From: Meiothermus sp.
Lineage (GTDB): Bacteria > Deinococcota > Deinococci > Deinococcales > Thermaceae
Length of the DNA: 64,000 nt
Direction of reading: 5' to 3'
Assembly (NCBI GenBank): GCA_033762915.1
Contig: JANRLD010000075.1
Location: 1 to 64,000, forward strand
Shown here: one piece after another, positions 1 through 10,149 of the stretch
Layout of the letters: every line of letters starts with the position of its first letter
How positions within the stretch are numbered: the first letter of the stretch is position 1
The notes under the pieces: model-generated
Seen by the model: the letters and a program-made list of their open reading frames with translations, nothing else
What the model was told of the DNA's origin: nothing
Database searches by the model: none
Translations under genes and position numbers: made by a program

Positions 1-648
1 GTTCTTGAGCTCGCCCATGAGGTCTTCGATGCTCTGGGTGGAGATGGGGTCGAGGGCGGAGGTGGGCTCGTCCATGAGGAGGACCTCGGGCTGTACGGCG
101 AGAGCGCGGGCGATGCATAGTCGCTGCTGCTGTCCGCCGGATAGGCTCATGCCTGGTGCCCTGAGCCGGTCCTTGACCTCGTCCCAGAGAGCGGCCTGGG
201 TGAGGGAGCGCTCGGCGGCCTCGTCGAGCAGGTCCTTGCGCCTGACGCCCATGAGTTTGAGGCCGGCGACGACGTTGTCGTAGATGGTGAGGGTGGGGAA
301 GGGGTTGGGCTTCTGGAAGACCATGCCGACCTTGCGGCGGACCTCGACGGGGTCAACGCCAGGGGCGTAGATGTCGCTGCCGTCGAGCAGGGCTTGGCCC
401 TCGACGCGGGCGATCGGGGTGAGGTCGTGCATGCGGTTGAGTGCGCGGAGGAAGGTGGTCTTGCCGCAGCCGGAGGGGCCGATGAGAGCGGTGACCTTGT
501 TGGCGTAGACAGGCATGGAGACGTTGCCCACCCCCACCTTCTTGCCGTAGTAGACCGTCAGACCTTTGCCTTCCATGCGTGGACGTAGGTCTGCTGCCAG
601 CGTCATGGTGGTCTGCCCACCGCTCGAGTTCATCCCCTTTACATCCAT
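1..648 (-). CDS. pstB: Phosphate ABC transporter ATP-binding protein (runs off the window start)
   Basis: Manual translation shows Walker [39 protein letters not shown] and [15 protein letters not shown] at 648 follows GGAGG; the gene lies downstream of pstA. Confidence 0.95.
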   Translation of the reverse strand, partial: MDVKGMNSSGGQTTMTLAADLRPRMEGKGLTVYYGKKVGVGNVSMPVYANKVTALIGPSGCGKTTFLRALNRMHDLTPIARVEGQALLDGSDIYAPGVDPVEVRRKVGMVFQKPNPFPTLTIYDNVVAGLKLMGVRRKDLLDEAAERSLTQAALWDEVKDRLRAPGMSLSGGQQQRLCIARALAVQPEVLLMDEPTSALDPISTQSIEDLMGELKN

Positions 649-732
649 CGCGCCTCCATTATTGGGCGGGTACAAAGTAGAGGTTGGCGTGTCGCAAGCC
701 AGATTTGTTAGACATTGCTACCCGCCATTCCG

Positions 733-1608
733 CTATTGGTATCTCCGCGTTACATACCGCGCCAACAGGCTGGCCACCAGCACCAGCAGGGTTAGGACCA
801 GCGAGGCCGCCCAGGCTTGCTCTTGGCGCAGCGGCGAGGGCTCGTTGGCGTACTTGAAGATCACGTAGGCCAAGCTCTCGGTGGGCTTGGTCATGTCGAA
901 GTTGACGAAGTTGGAGCCGAAAGCGGTGAAGGCCATCGGAGCCGCCTCGCCGGCGGCCCGGGCGAACCCCAGCATCAGGCCGGTGGTGATGCCGGCGGCA
1001 GCGGCCGGGAGCACCAGCGAGAGGATCACCCGCCAACGGGGTAGGCCCAGGGCCAGGCCGGCCTCGCGCACGCTCCAGGGCACCAGCTTCAGCACGCCCT
1101 CGGTGGCGCGCAGGATGATGGGGGTCATCACCAGGGCCAGGGCCAGGGCACCAGCAAGGCCAGAGAATTGCCCGGTCGCCGTGACCACCACGGTGTAGAT
1201 CACCAGGCCCTTAAGCAGCGCGGGCAGGCCGTTGAGGAGGTCGGAGATGACGCGGAGGGTGGGGTTGAGGGGGTGGTCGGGGTACTCGGAAAGCAGGATT
1301 CCGCCCGCCAGGCCCAGCAGCCCGCCGATAAGCAGCGCCAGTACATTCATCATCAGCGTGCCAACGATGGCGTGGAGCAGCCCACCTCCGCCCTCCGAAA
1401 CCGCCTCGAAAGACCGGGTAAAGAACGGCAGGCTGAGGGCACTCAGACCATTGATGAATACTGAGGCAAGCACCACCACCAGCGGCAGTACCACCACGGC
1501 CGAGCCCAGCACCAGCAGACCCAGCATCACTTTGTTCCACAAGCTGCGCCGCCCCAGGTTGCCGTCCCTAGGGATGGAAGTTTGGGATACGGTTTGGGTC
1601 TGGGTCAT
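733..1608 (-). CDS. pstA: Phosphate ABC transporter permease PstA
   Basis: Multi-TM protein with REAGLALGLPRW EAA loop and ARAAGEAAP; operon context. Confidence 0.93.
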   Translation of the reverse strand: MTQTQTVSQTSIPRDGNLGRRSLWNKVMLGLLVLGSAVVVLPLVVVLASVFINGLSALSLPFFTRSFEAVSEGGGGLLHAIVGTLMMNVLALLIGGLLGLAGGILLSEYPDHPLNPTLRVISDLLNGLPALLKGLVIYTVVVTATGQFSGLAGALALALVMTPIILRATEGVLKLVPWSVREAGLALGLPRWRVILSLVLPAAAAGITTGLMLGFARAAGEAAPMAFTAFGSNFVNFDMTKPTESLAYVIFKYANEPSPLRQEQAWAASLVLTLLVLVASLLARYVTRRYQ

Positions 1609-2573
1609 AATCTACCGTCCACGCTCATGCGCTTTACGATCCAGGCCGCCAGCAGGTTCATGGCCGCGCTGATAACGAATAGAATCAAGCCCAGTGCGAG
1701 TAGGCTGCTGAGTTGCAAGCCCTGGGCCTCGCCGAACTCGTTGACGATGGCCGAGGGAATAGTGGTTGCGGAGCCGAACAGGGTGAAGGGCAGGTTCTTG
1801 GAGTTGCCGATCACCATCACCACCGCCATGGTCTCGCCCAGGGCGCGGGTGAAGCCCAGGATGATTCCCGCTAGGATGCCGCCCCTGGCATAAGGCAGCA
1901 CTGCGTTCTTGATCACTTCCCACTTGGTCGCGCCGAGCGCATACGACGCCTCGCGCTGTGCCGAAGGAACCAAAGCGATGGAGTCTTTGGCGAGGCTGGC
2001 CGCGTAGGGGATCACCATCACCGCGAGCACGATCACCGCCGTGGTCATCCCGATCCCGATGGGGGAACCGAGGATGGGAATAATCCAGTCCACCTGGTTT
2101 TCTAAGGCCCAAGCCACGATGTTTTGCTGCACGCCACGCACCGCCGGGGCCAGTACCAACAGGCCCCACAGGCCGTAGATCACGCTGGGCAGGGAGGCCA
2201 GCAGCTCGAGCGAATACTGTAAAACATTCCCCAGCCATCGCGGCGCGTACTCGACGGCAAAGATCGCCACCGCCAAGGCCGGGAAGAAGGCCAGCACCAG
2301 GGCTGCGACGCTGGTCACGAAGGTGCCGACGATGAACGGCCAGGCCCCGAAGATGTTGGCCACTGGGTCCCATGTAGTGCCGCCGATGAAGCCGCCCAGC
2401 CCAAACTGCAGTAAGGCCGCGCTGCCTCCAGTTGCGAGCTGCCAGCCCATCAGCACCACGATGCCGATGATCATCAGGCAGAGGGCAAGAACCGCGTATA
2501 CGAACAGCCGGTCCCCGAACGCGCGGTAGAGGGGCGAGGCACTGTTTTGAATGGGGGGCGTTGAGGCTGCCAT
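1605..2573 (-). CDS. pstC: Phosphate ABC transporter permease PstC
   Basis: ELLASLPSVIYGLWG, REASYALGATKW, RALGETMAV. Start placed at MAASTP; could be further upstream (2624). Confidence 0.93.
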   Translation of the reverse strand: MAASTPPIQNSASPLYRAFGDRLFVYAVLALCLMIIGIVVLMGWQLATGGSAALLQFGLGGFIGGTTWDPVANIFGAWPFIVGTFVTSVAALVLAFFPALAVAIFAVEYAPRWLGNVLQYSLELLASLPSVIYGLWGLLVLAPAVRGVQQNIVAWALENQVDWIIPILGSPIGIGMTTAVIVLAVMVIPYAASLAKDSIALVPSAQREASYALGATKWEVIKNAVLPYARGGILAGIILGFTRALGETMAVVMVIGNSKNLPFTLFGSATTIPSAIVNEFGEAQGLQLSSLLALGLILFVISAAMNLLAAWIVKRMSVDGRL

Positions 2574-2640
2574 GCGCTCTCCAGAAAGGGGTGAGACCAG
2601 CACGGCCTCACCCCAGGGATACATGTGAACCTAAGGGGGC

Positions 2641-3705
2641 CTAGCGGAGCGGCTGTCCGTTGAAGGTCAGACTGTCCACCAGGGCCAAGGCACGCCGGGC
2701 AACGTCGGGCGAGAGGCGAACGTAGGAGGCCCGCTCGTTTTGGGCCTGGCCTTCGGTAAGGATCCAACGCAAGAAAGTCTGGACCGCCCTGGCCTGCTCG
2801 ATGCTGCGGGCGGTGACGCTTTGCTCACGGTAGACCAGCATCCAGGTCATGCCCACGATCGGATAGCCCTGGGGGTCGCGGGTGTTGACCACCTGGCCGG
2901 GTAGCCGCAGATCGGCGGGCACGTCAATCCCCGAGGTTGCCTCCACCGCCGAAGCCAGCGAGGGGCGAATCCAGTTGCCTGCGGCATTGCGCAGGGTGGC
3001 GCTCTTGAGGTCGTTCTCGATGGCGTACTTCAGCTCGACATAGCCGATGGCGCCGGGGGTCTGGTTAACCAGCGCGGCCACGCCGGCGTTGCCACGCCCG
3101 CCCAGGCCGGAGAAGGCAGGCCAATTGACCGACTGTCCGGCACCGACGCGGCTCTTCCACTGCTCGGAGATCGCGGTGAGGTAGGAGGTGAAGATGAAGG
3201 TGGTGCCCGAGCCGTCGGAGCGGTGGGCGGCGGAGATCAGAAGGTTGGGCAGGTTGACGCCGGGGTTGAGCGCGGAGATGCGGCGGTCGTTCCAGCGGAT
3301 GATACGGCCCAAGAAGATGTCGGAGAGCACGGCCGGATCGAGGCGGAGTTCGTTGACGCCCGGCAGGTTGTAGATCACCGAGACCGGGCCAAGTGCGGTG
3401 GGGATGTGCAGGACCTCGGAGTTGTTGGCCCCCCTGCGTATGTCGGCAATCTGGGCGTCCGTCAGGGGCGCGTCAGAGGCCCCGAAGGCCACCACCTTGT
3501 CGGTGAACTGGCGGATGCCCGCGCCGGAGCCCACGGCCTGGTAGCTGACGCGGATGTTGGGGTTGGCCCGCTGAAAGTTGGGGATGTAGTACTCGGTGTA
3601 GAGCGGCGCCGGGAAGGTCGCCCCCGCGCCCGAGAGGGTGATCTGGGCGGAGGCGAAACCGGCGAGGCCCAGCAGGGCCGTGGCGGCTAGAACGTGCTTG
3701 TTCAT
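2641..3705 (-). CDS. pstS: Phosphate-binding protein PstS
   Basis: Signal peptide; GAGATFPAPLY, GSGAG, FGASDAP, HRSDGSGTTFIFT. Confidence 0.96.
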   Translation of the reverse strand: MNKHVLAATALLGLAGFASAQITLSGAGATFPAPLYTEYYIPNFQRANPNIRVSYQAVGSGAGIRQFTDKVVAFGASDAPLTDAQIADIRRGANNSEVLHIPTALGPVSVIYNLPGVNELRLDPAVLSDIFLGRIIRWNDRRISALNPGVNLPNLLISAAHRSDGSGTTFIFTSYLTAISEQWKSRVGAGQSVNWPAFSGLGGRGNAGVAALVNQTPGAIGYVELKYAIENDLKSATLRNAAGNWIRPSLASAVEATSGIDVPADLRLPGQVVNTRDPQGYPIVGMTWMLVYREQSVTARSIEQARAVQTFLRWILTEGQAQNERASYVRLSPDVARRALALVDSLTFNGQPLR

Positions 3706-3764
3706 GACAATTTCTTCTTATCTGACACGGGGGCGCACTTCGCCTCCCACACGATGTAGAGTCT

Positions 3765-3791
3765 TTCAGCACCGGGTCAGGGCAATGTCAG
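3765..3791 (-). promoter_or_regulatory. Putative Pho-box/OmpR-type site: three (T/G)TCAG units with 11-bp period upstream of pstS
   Basis: TTCAG 3765, GTCAG 3776, GTCAG 3787 on the + strand. Confidence 0.5.
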
Positions 3792-3950
3792 GGAAGTTTC
3801 TACGATGGCCTGACAAAGCTCGTCATGACCCGAAAACAGCCCACTCTCGAAGATTCGTTTGGCAGCACGGCAAAGACCTAACCGCAAACGGGGGACTTTT
3901 TTGTCTGCACGGTAGATTTTGGAGCCGATGGATATACACCGTGCTAGGTG

Positions 3951-5189
3951 TTAGCCCAATACCGCCTCGAGCAAACTCTCCCCCGCGAAGCCCTTGTTCG
4001 AAATTCCCAGTGCGCTCGCCAGGGTCGGGGCCACCTGATTGGCGGCGGCACGACCGACCACTCGGGGCGATACCTCGGCGCCCGCCAGCACCATGAATCG
4101 GTGGTCTCCGGGGAGGCCAGGGCGGATCCCGTGTGAGGAGCGCAAGATGGGCTCCCCAACAGCCTCGGAGGCCGGACGGGCAGGATCGTACTCGAAGTCG
4201 TAGAGGTCAGGAGCCACGAAGCAATACACCTGTTCACGCTGCTCAGCGGGGACGTGCGCGTTGGAGTATTCCTCCACGCCATACTCGGCCAGACGAGCGC
4301 GAATCTCGGTCAGCTCCGCTGCGTTCTTGGGGACCACGTGAAGCATGCTACCCTCGCAGGCAAAGGTGGTCTGGGGGATGATGACCTCGGGGTGTAGGGC
4401 TTGATCAATCCGACTGTGACCATGGTCGGAGAGCACCGCAATGGTGTACTGCTCCAGTAGACCGGCACCCTCGAGCCGGGCCAGTAGCTGCCCCACCAAG
4501 GCGTCGGAGTAGCCCAACGACCACAGTGCCTCGGGCGTGTCGTAGCCCGCGTAGTGCTGGGCGGTGTCGGGCAGCAGAACTTCGGTGAACATTAGGTCGG
4601 GCTGCTCGGCCAGCAGTACCGCGCCCGCCAGCCCCATGATCTGTGCGTCGCCCAAGGCCGATTTGGCATACTTGTCGCCCAGGTCGGGGAGGAGGGGCAG
4701 TTCTATGCCGGTTTGATGGGCGGCAGCCTCGAGGCGCGCCTCGATGTGCTCCGCCGCCCGCCGCCAACTCTGGGCGGTGGGAACCGGAACCGTGTCGCGG
4801 GAGCGCTGGATAAAGGCCCCCGCCCACCACGGAGCCTTGAACAGATCTGTGTCCTCGGGCCGGATCATTCCGTACCCGACCACCGCGCTCTGCTTGCCGG
4901 CCGCCTGGGCCAACGCGGGCAGGGTAGGCACCCGCACGTCATCCGGCGTGGCGTGGCGGAACTGCTCACCGTCCCAGATCACATTGCCGTAAATCCCGCT
5001 GTCCGATGCCAGCGCCCCGGTGGCAATCGAAGTCCGCCCCGGAAACGAGGTACCGCAGACCTCGGCCTCGAGGTTTTCCACCACCAGCCCGCGCCGGGCC
5101 AGCGCCGAGAGGTGGGGCATGTACCCCCGCCGCCGGGCAAACGAGTCCGCACTGATACCGTCCAGCATGATGACCAGGAGTTTGGGCAT
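3951..5189 (-). CDS. Alkaline phosphatase superfamily (type I phosphodiesterase/nucleotide pyrophosphatase) protein
   Basis: VIMLDG, TSFPGRTSIATG, DTAQH and VLSDHG metal motifs. Confidence 0.85.
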   Translation of the reverse strand: MPKLLVIMLDGISADSFARRRGYMPHLSALARRGLVVENLEAEVCGTSFPGRTSIATGALASDSGIYGNVIWDGEQFRHATPDDVRVPTLPALAQAAGKQSAVVGYGMIRPEDTDLFKAPWWAGAFIQRSRDTVPVPTAQSWRRAAEHIEARLEAAAHQTGIELPLLPDLGDKYAKSALGDAQIMGLAGAVLLAEQPDLMFTEVLLPDTAQHYAGYDTPEALWSLGYSDALVGQLLARLEGAGLLEQYTIAVLSDHGHSRIDQALHPEVIIPQTTFACEGSMLHVVPKNAAELTEIRARLAEYGVEEYSNAHVPAEQREQVYCFVAPDLYDFEYDPARPASEAVGEPILRSSHGIRPGLPGDHRFMVLAGAEVSPRVVGRAAANQVAPTLASALGISNKGFAGESLLEAVLG

Positions 5190-5381
5190 GGTTTGCTCCT
5201 TTAAGGCCTCGAGGGTCGAAGGAGAGTAGACACAACGTCACCGACCTTCGACCCTCGACCTTTTTCGACTCAGAGCGGTTCCCCCGCATACTCCCTACGG
5301 CGCTAAAGCGGGCAGTTTTTGCTGTTGGGGACTACATTGCCTGCCGCCGCGAGGGAGGTTGGGGTGGGAAACGGGATCAGC

Positions 5382-6620
5382 TCAAGGCTGCTGCCTAAAC
5401 AGGTTCGCAGTCCGGTTCACCAGGTCGTTGATGCTGGCCTCGACGGGGCGGTTGTTGATCCAGATGTCCTCGAGGGTTTTGCGGATCTCCTGAATGCCCT
5501 GCACGTAACCGGCCTCGGACGGGCGGGGGCGGGCGGTGGGCAGCTGGAGCATCCCCTGGGCCAGGCCTTGCTCGGTCTGGAGGAAGCGCTGGAAAGCCGG
5601 CAGGTCGTTGGTGGCGCGGGTGATGGGGACGTAGTTGGTGTCGCGAATGAAGGCCAGCTGCTGCTCGGGGGTGTTGAGCCACTGGATGAACTTCCAGGCC
5701 GCTTCAACCCGGTTCTGCGGCACGCCACGGGGAATAGCCAGGGTCGCGCCGCCCACCGGCACCACGGGGCTGCGGAACCAGGGCAGGTTGGAAACGCGCA
5801 CTTGGGTACGGAACCTATCGCCCGCCAAGGCTTTGATGCCGGGGCGGCTGGCCACCGACTGGAAGGTGATGGCCACCTTTCCGCTCAGGAAATCTTGCGA
5901 AATGGTGGCATCGTTTTGCACGACCGCCGTGCCTTCGCGGATCATCGCGGTCCAGAGATTGATCACCTCGAGGGCACGCGGCTCGTTGAGGGCCAGCTTA
6001 TCGCCGCGCACCATCTCGCCGCCGTTGGAGAAGATAGCCCCTTCAAGCACCCAGGGGAAAGCGGGCAGCGCCATCGCGGGTACGCCAGTGGCGGCCTTCA
6101 CTTTGCGGGCGAACTCGGGGAACTCCGTCCAACGGCGGGGGGGCGCACCAAAGCCGGCCTTTTGCAGCAGTTGGGGGTTGTAGTAGGTGACGGGGTTGGA
6201 GTTGTTCCAGGGAGTGGCGAAGACCTTGCCGTCGCCGTCGGGATCGGTCTGTCGGCGGAATACCGGCCAGAAGCTATCGAACATCCCCTTGAAGCCTGGC
6301 AGGGTGGAAAGCTCGGTAAGCTGACCGGCAGCGGCCAGACGGGGCCACAGGGCTACTTCGAGTTGCAACAGATCCGCCGCAGGCTGACCCGCCGCGATGC
6401 CCGCCAAGGCCCGCTGCAAAACGCCCTCGTAGGAGTTGGCAAACTCCCCCTTCACAGTCACTTCGTTCTGGCTCTTGTTGTAGCGGTCAATGGTCTCGCG
6501 GATGATCTCGCCCAGGCGCCCGCCCAGCCCGTACATCAGGGTGATCTCGGTGCGCTGCTGCGCCAGAGCGGACGAACCAATAACCGCCAAGGCCCCTAAA
6601 GCCATCAAAATCTTCTTCAT
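5382..6620 (-). CDS. ABC transporter substrate-binding protein, UgpB-like
   Basis: Signal peptide; PWNNSNPVTYYN, VPVGGATL, TNYVP. Confidence 0.8.
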   Translation of the reverse strand: MKKILMALGALAVIGSSALAQQRTEITLMYGLGGRLGEIIRETIDRYNKSQNEVTVKGEFANSYEGVLQRALAGIAAGQPAADLLQLEVALWPRLAAAGQLTELSTLPGFKGMFDSFWPVFRRQTDPDGDGKVFATPWNNSNPVTYYNPQLLQKAGFGAPPRRWTEFPEFARKVKAATGVPAMALPAFPWVLEGAIFSNGGEMVRGDKLALNEPRALEVINLWTAMIREGTAVVQNDATISQDFLSGKVAITFQSVASRPGIKALAGDRFRTQVRVSNLPWFRSPVVPVGGATLAIPRGVPQNRVEAAWKFIQWLNTPEQQLAFIRDTNYVPITRATNDLPAFQRFLQTEQGLAQGMLQLPTARPRPSEAGYVQGIQEIRKTLEDIWINNRPVEASINDLVNRTANLFRQQP

Positions 6621-6773
6621 TGTCGCCTCCTGGATTTCTGTGCTTATTTGAGCATCCCTGCGGTGGGATAAAGCTCCAAAAACGATAGGGAAGATGGAAG
6701 AGGGAGGGTGAAGTCAGACCCAAACAGAAATCGCTTTTCCTTCCCGCTTCCCTCCCATGCTTAAGCGCTTCCT

Positions 6774-7592
6774 CTATCCTTTGAGTCCGCTCGAGGCGGC
6801 GCTTTCAATGAACCACTTCTGAGCGAAGAAGTAGACCAGCAGCATCGGGGCGATCACGATGAAAGTGGCCGCCAGCACCACCGGAATATCGGTGTTGCCC
6901 TCGAGGTTGTTGAACATGGTCAACCCGACCTGGATGGTGCGAATCTCATCGCGGTTGGTGGCAATGAAGGGCCACACCAGCGCGTTCCAGTTAGCCAAGA
7001 ACGTCAGCACCGAAAGAGCGCTGATGGCAGGGGTGTTGACCGGCATCAGGATGCGGAACAAGAAGGTCAGCGGGGAAGCGCCATCCAGCTTGGCCGAGTC
7101 GTCGAGCTCCTTGGGGGTCTGCATGAAGGCGTTGCGCAGCAGGAAAATCCCAAAGGCAGTGGCAGCGAACGGCACGATCAGGGCCAGATAGTTGTTGTAC
7201 CAGCCAAAGTTACGGATGGTCAGGAAGTTGGGGATCAGCAGTACGTCGCCGGGGATCATCAGTGTGGCGAGCGCGACCATGAACAGCACCGGCTTCAGCG
7301 GGAACTCGAGCCGCGCGAAGGCGAACGCCGCCAGGGAAGAGGTCAACACCACCAGCAAGGTGGTCAGCCCCGCCACAAAAAATGTGTTGAGCAGAAACCT
7401 TCCGAACGGCGCGGAGTTCCAGGCCTCGATGAAGTTCTGCCACTCCCAGGTAACCGGGATCAGCGGCCCAAAGTACAGCTGGTCCGGCGCTTTGAAGGCC
7501 CCCAGCAGCAGCCAGATCAGTGGCGCAATGAAGAGTATCCCCACCAAAAGGGATAGGGCCTCGAGACCGCGCTGACGCCAGAACTTAGACAT
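6774..7592 (-). CDS. Carbohydrate ABC permease (UgpE/MalG-like)
   Basis: ELDDSAKLDGAS EAA loop; WNALVWP. Confidence 0.9.
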   Translation of the reverse strand: MSKFWRQRGLEALSLLVGILFIAPLIWLLLGAFKAPDQLYFGPLIPVTWEWQNFIEAWNSAPFGRFLLNTFFVAGLTTLLVVLTSSLAAFAFARLEFPLKPVLFMVALATLMIPGDVLLIPNFLTIRNFGWYNNYLALIVPFAATAFGIFLLRNAFMQTPKELDDSAKLDGASPLTFLFRILMPVNTPAISALSVLTFLANWNALVWPFIATNRDEIRTIQVGLTMFNNLEGNTDIPVVLAATFIVIAPMLLVYFFAQKWFIESAASSGLKG

Positions 7593-7715
7593 GGAGGCCT
7601 CCGACCGGGTGGGAAAGCTTCGAGCAAGAAGAGAGGATGAATAGGGAAGACGGGTTCACACGCCTCAGGCCATCTTCCTCCCCCTTCCCGCGCTCCTTCA
7701 AACGCTGTGCGCCGG

Positions 7716-8636
7716 TCATTGGTAGTGCACCCGCCTTTCGCTGACCTTGAACTGCACCCAGGCCAACACCAGCAGCAGCACAAACAACGCCACCGAGAGT
7801 GCGCTGGCGTAGCCCATCTGGAAGAACTGGAAGGCGTTCTGGTAGATGTAGTAGCCCATCAGGTTGGTTGAGCCGACCGGGCCCCCGTCGGTGCGCAGAA
7901 CCAGAATCAGGCCGTAGCTCTGGAAAGTGCCGACCAGCGATAGGAAGAACACCACCATCGTGGTTGGAGCGAGGAGGGGAATGGTGATGCGCCAGGCCAC
8001 CTGCCAGGGCGTCGCGCCGTCCACCCGAGCGGCCTCCTCGAGCTCCTTGGAGATTCCCTGTAGGCCCGCCAGGTAGATCACCGCAGGCAGTCCCACGCCC
8101 TTCCAGACCGCGATAAGAATCACCGAGGCCAGGGCGGTAGAAGGATGGGTGAGCCAGCTCGAGCCGGGCAGCCCCAGGGCCGAAAGGATCTGGTTCAGTG
8201 GGCCGCCATTAGGGTTCATCATGTGCAGCCAAATCAGCGCGGCCGCCGTCACCGATACCACCACCGGGGCGAAGACCGCTCCCCTGAGGAAGGCCTGGAA
8301 GCGGGTTTTGACGTTCATCAGGAAGGCCAGCGCCATCCCCAGAGCCACCTCGGCGCAGGTCACGACCAGCGCAAACACGGTCGTGACCGTCATCGCGTTG
8401 ACGAACTCGCGGTTGGCGAGCATGGCCTGATAGTTTTGCAGTCCCACCCAGTTGGGCGATCTGAGCAAGTCGGCGTCGGTCAGGCTCAGATAGATCACCC
8501 GCATCAGCGGGTAATACTCGAAGACCGCGAAGACCAACAGCGCGGGCAGCAGGTAGGGAAGCGCGCCGAGCAGCCGCTCCGCGGCCGTGGGCTTGGCGGA
8601 AGTACTGACTTTAGGGAGGGGGTGGGCGACGGCCAC
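7716..8636 (-). CDS. Carbohydrate ABC permease (UgpA/MalF-like)
   Basis: ELEEAARVDGATPWQ, ITIPLLAP, MGYASALS. Confidence 0.9.
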   Translation of the reverse strand: MAVAHPLPKVSTSAKPTAAERLLGALPYLLPALLVFAVFEYYPLMRVIYLSLTDADLLRSPNWVGLQNYQAMLANREFVNAMTVTTVFALVVTCAEVALGMALAFLMNVKTRFQAFLRGAVFAPVVVSVTAAALIWLHMMNPNGGPLNQILSALGLPGSSWLTHPSTALASVILIAVWKGVGLPAVIYLAGLQGISKELEEAARVDGATPWQVAWRITIPLLAPTTMVVFFLSLVGTFQSYGLILVLRTDGGPVGSTNLMGYYIYQNAFQFFQMGYASALSVALFVLLLVLAWVQFKVSERRVHYQ

Positions 8637-8841
8637 GCGGTGAATCTAAGGGGCGTTTGTCAGCATGCTGCAAGTCATGGCGGGCTGACAGAGCCCTCGA
8701 GTCCAGACCCTCCGAGGGTACTTCGAGGGGTCGCTACGCCCTGCTCTGGCTCCCTGGGGAGGGAGAGCTGGGCTGGGGTAAAGGGCATGGTCCACCCCAA
8801 AGCCTGGCTTCGGGCGCCTTCACGGCCCGCTCGCAGTTGTA

Positions 8842-9516
8842 TCACCTGTCCCGAAGCACGTACCCTACCCCGCGAATGGTCTGGATTAGGCGGTTCTCGC
8901 CCTCGGCCTCGAGCTTTTGCCGCAGCTGCTTAACATAAACCTCGACCACGTTGACGTCGCCGAAGAAGTCGGTGCCCCACACCTTGTCCAGGAGTACCTG
9001 CTTGTTCATGACGCGCTCGGGGTTCTCGAGGAAGGCCTGGAGCAGACGGAACTCAAGGCTGGTCAGGATGATCTCGCGCTGGTTGCGGCGAACGGTGAAG
9101 GCCTCGGAGTTCAGCTCGAGGTCGGCAAAACGGAATACCTTGGGGGACTCGGCCTGGTGGCGGCGCATAAGGCTTCGAATGCGGGCCACCAGCAGGTCGA
9201 AGCTGATCGGCTTGGTCACGTAATCGTCGGCCCCAGTACCCAGTCCCTTGATTTGATCCTCGGGGGTGTCCCTGGCGGTGAGCATGATGACCGGGAGGGT
9301 CTCGTCGCCTACGCGCAGCCGCTTGAGCACCTCGAGGCCGTCCAAGCCCGGCATCATCCAGTCCAGAATCACCAGATCGGGGTACTTGTCCCGTGCCTTG
9401 TTCAGGCCGTCCTCGCCGTGTTCGGCAACGTCTACAGCGTAGCCCTCATAGGACAGACCGCGCTTGAGGAAGTTGCGCACGCTCGAGTCGTCATCAATGA
9501 CCAGTATGCGTTGCAT
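8842..9516 (-). CDS. OmpR/MprA-family response regulator with no adjacent kinase
   Basis: [20 protein letters not shown], w[15 protein letters not shown] and TIRGVGY; RBS GGAGG before ATG 9516. Confidence 0.93.
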   Translation of the reverse strand: MQRILVIDDDSSVRNFLKRGLSYEGYAVDVAEHGEDGLNKARDKYPDLVILDWMMPGLDGLEVLKRLRVGDETLPVIMLTARDTPEDQIKGLGTGADDYVTKPISFDLLVARIRSLMRRHQAESPKVFRFADLELNSEAFTVRRNQREIILTSLEFRLLQAFLENPERVMNKQVLLDKVWGTDFFGDVNVVEVYVKQLRQKLEAEGENRLIQTIRGVGYVLRDR

Positions 9517-9570
9517 GTTTACCTCCTTCCCACCATAGAGCATCAACGTCCCCTAAGGCAAAATTCTCCC

Positions 9571-9597
9571 CTCAGCCTGCACTCAGCTTGCGTTCAG
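9571..9597. promoter_or_regulatory. Three (C/T)TCAG direct repeats, 11-bp period, between the divergent regulator and GlsB-family genes
   Basis: CTCAG 9571, CTCAG 9582, TTCAG 9593. Confidence 0.55.
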
Positions 9598-9635
9598 GGT
9601 TCGTCCCTAGGGTGACATTGGCAAGGAGGAAGCGT

Positions 9636-9899
9636 ATGGACTGGATCATCGCAATCTTGGTAGGTGCGCTTATCGGCTGGCTGGCAAGCCTGGTTATGAA
9701 GACCGACGCCCGGCAAGGTGCCCTGGCCAACATCATCATCGGCATCGTCGGCTCGGCGCTGGGGCGCTGGCTGTTTGGCGACGTTCTGGGCTTCGGGGGG
9801 GCAGCCGTTGCCGGACAGCTTAGCCTGATCGGACTGCTCTGGGGCGTGCTCGGCGCAGTAATCCTGATCGCCATCCTTCGGGCGGTGCGGGTGATTTAG
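9636..9899 (+). CDS. GlsB/YeaQ/YmgE (transglycosylase-associated) membrane protein
   Basis: [22 protein letters not shown] pattern; RBS AGGAGG. Confidence 0.88.
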   Translation: MDWIIAILVGALIGWLASLVMKTDARQGALANIIIGIVGSALGRWLFGDVLGFGGAAVAGQLSLIGLLWGVLGAVILIAILRAVRVI

Positions 9900-10149
9900 G
9901 GCCTGACCTCAGGCCGCGTCAACTGAGCAGCACATGGAGAGGGGGAGCCGGGCTTCGAGCCCTCCTCCTCTTTCTCCGCCATTATAGCGTCGCGGCTCGA
10001 GAGTCCGCCCGCAGTGCTTAGTCATCTGGCGAAGTTCCCCGAGCGATGCAGGCCAAGCCTCGCAAGGCCGTCACCGGGACCCGAAGGAGCCCAATGAACC
10101 GCACCGAAGTCGAAGCCCGGGCGCCGCTCGAGGTGGGCGAGGGACTGGG

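Noticed and set aside
5319..6599. 426-aa plus-strand ORF
   Set aside because: Antisense to the UgpB-like gene.
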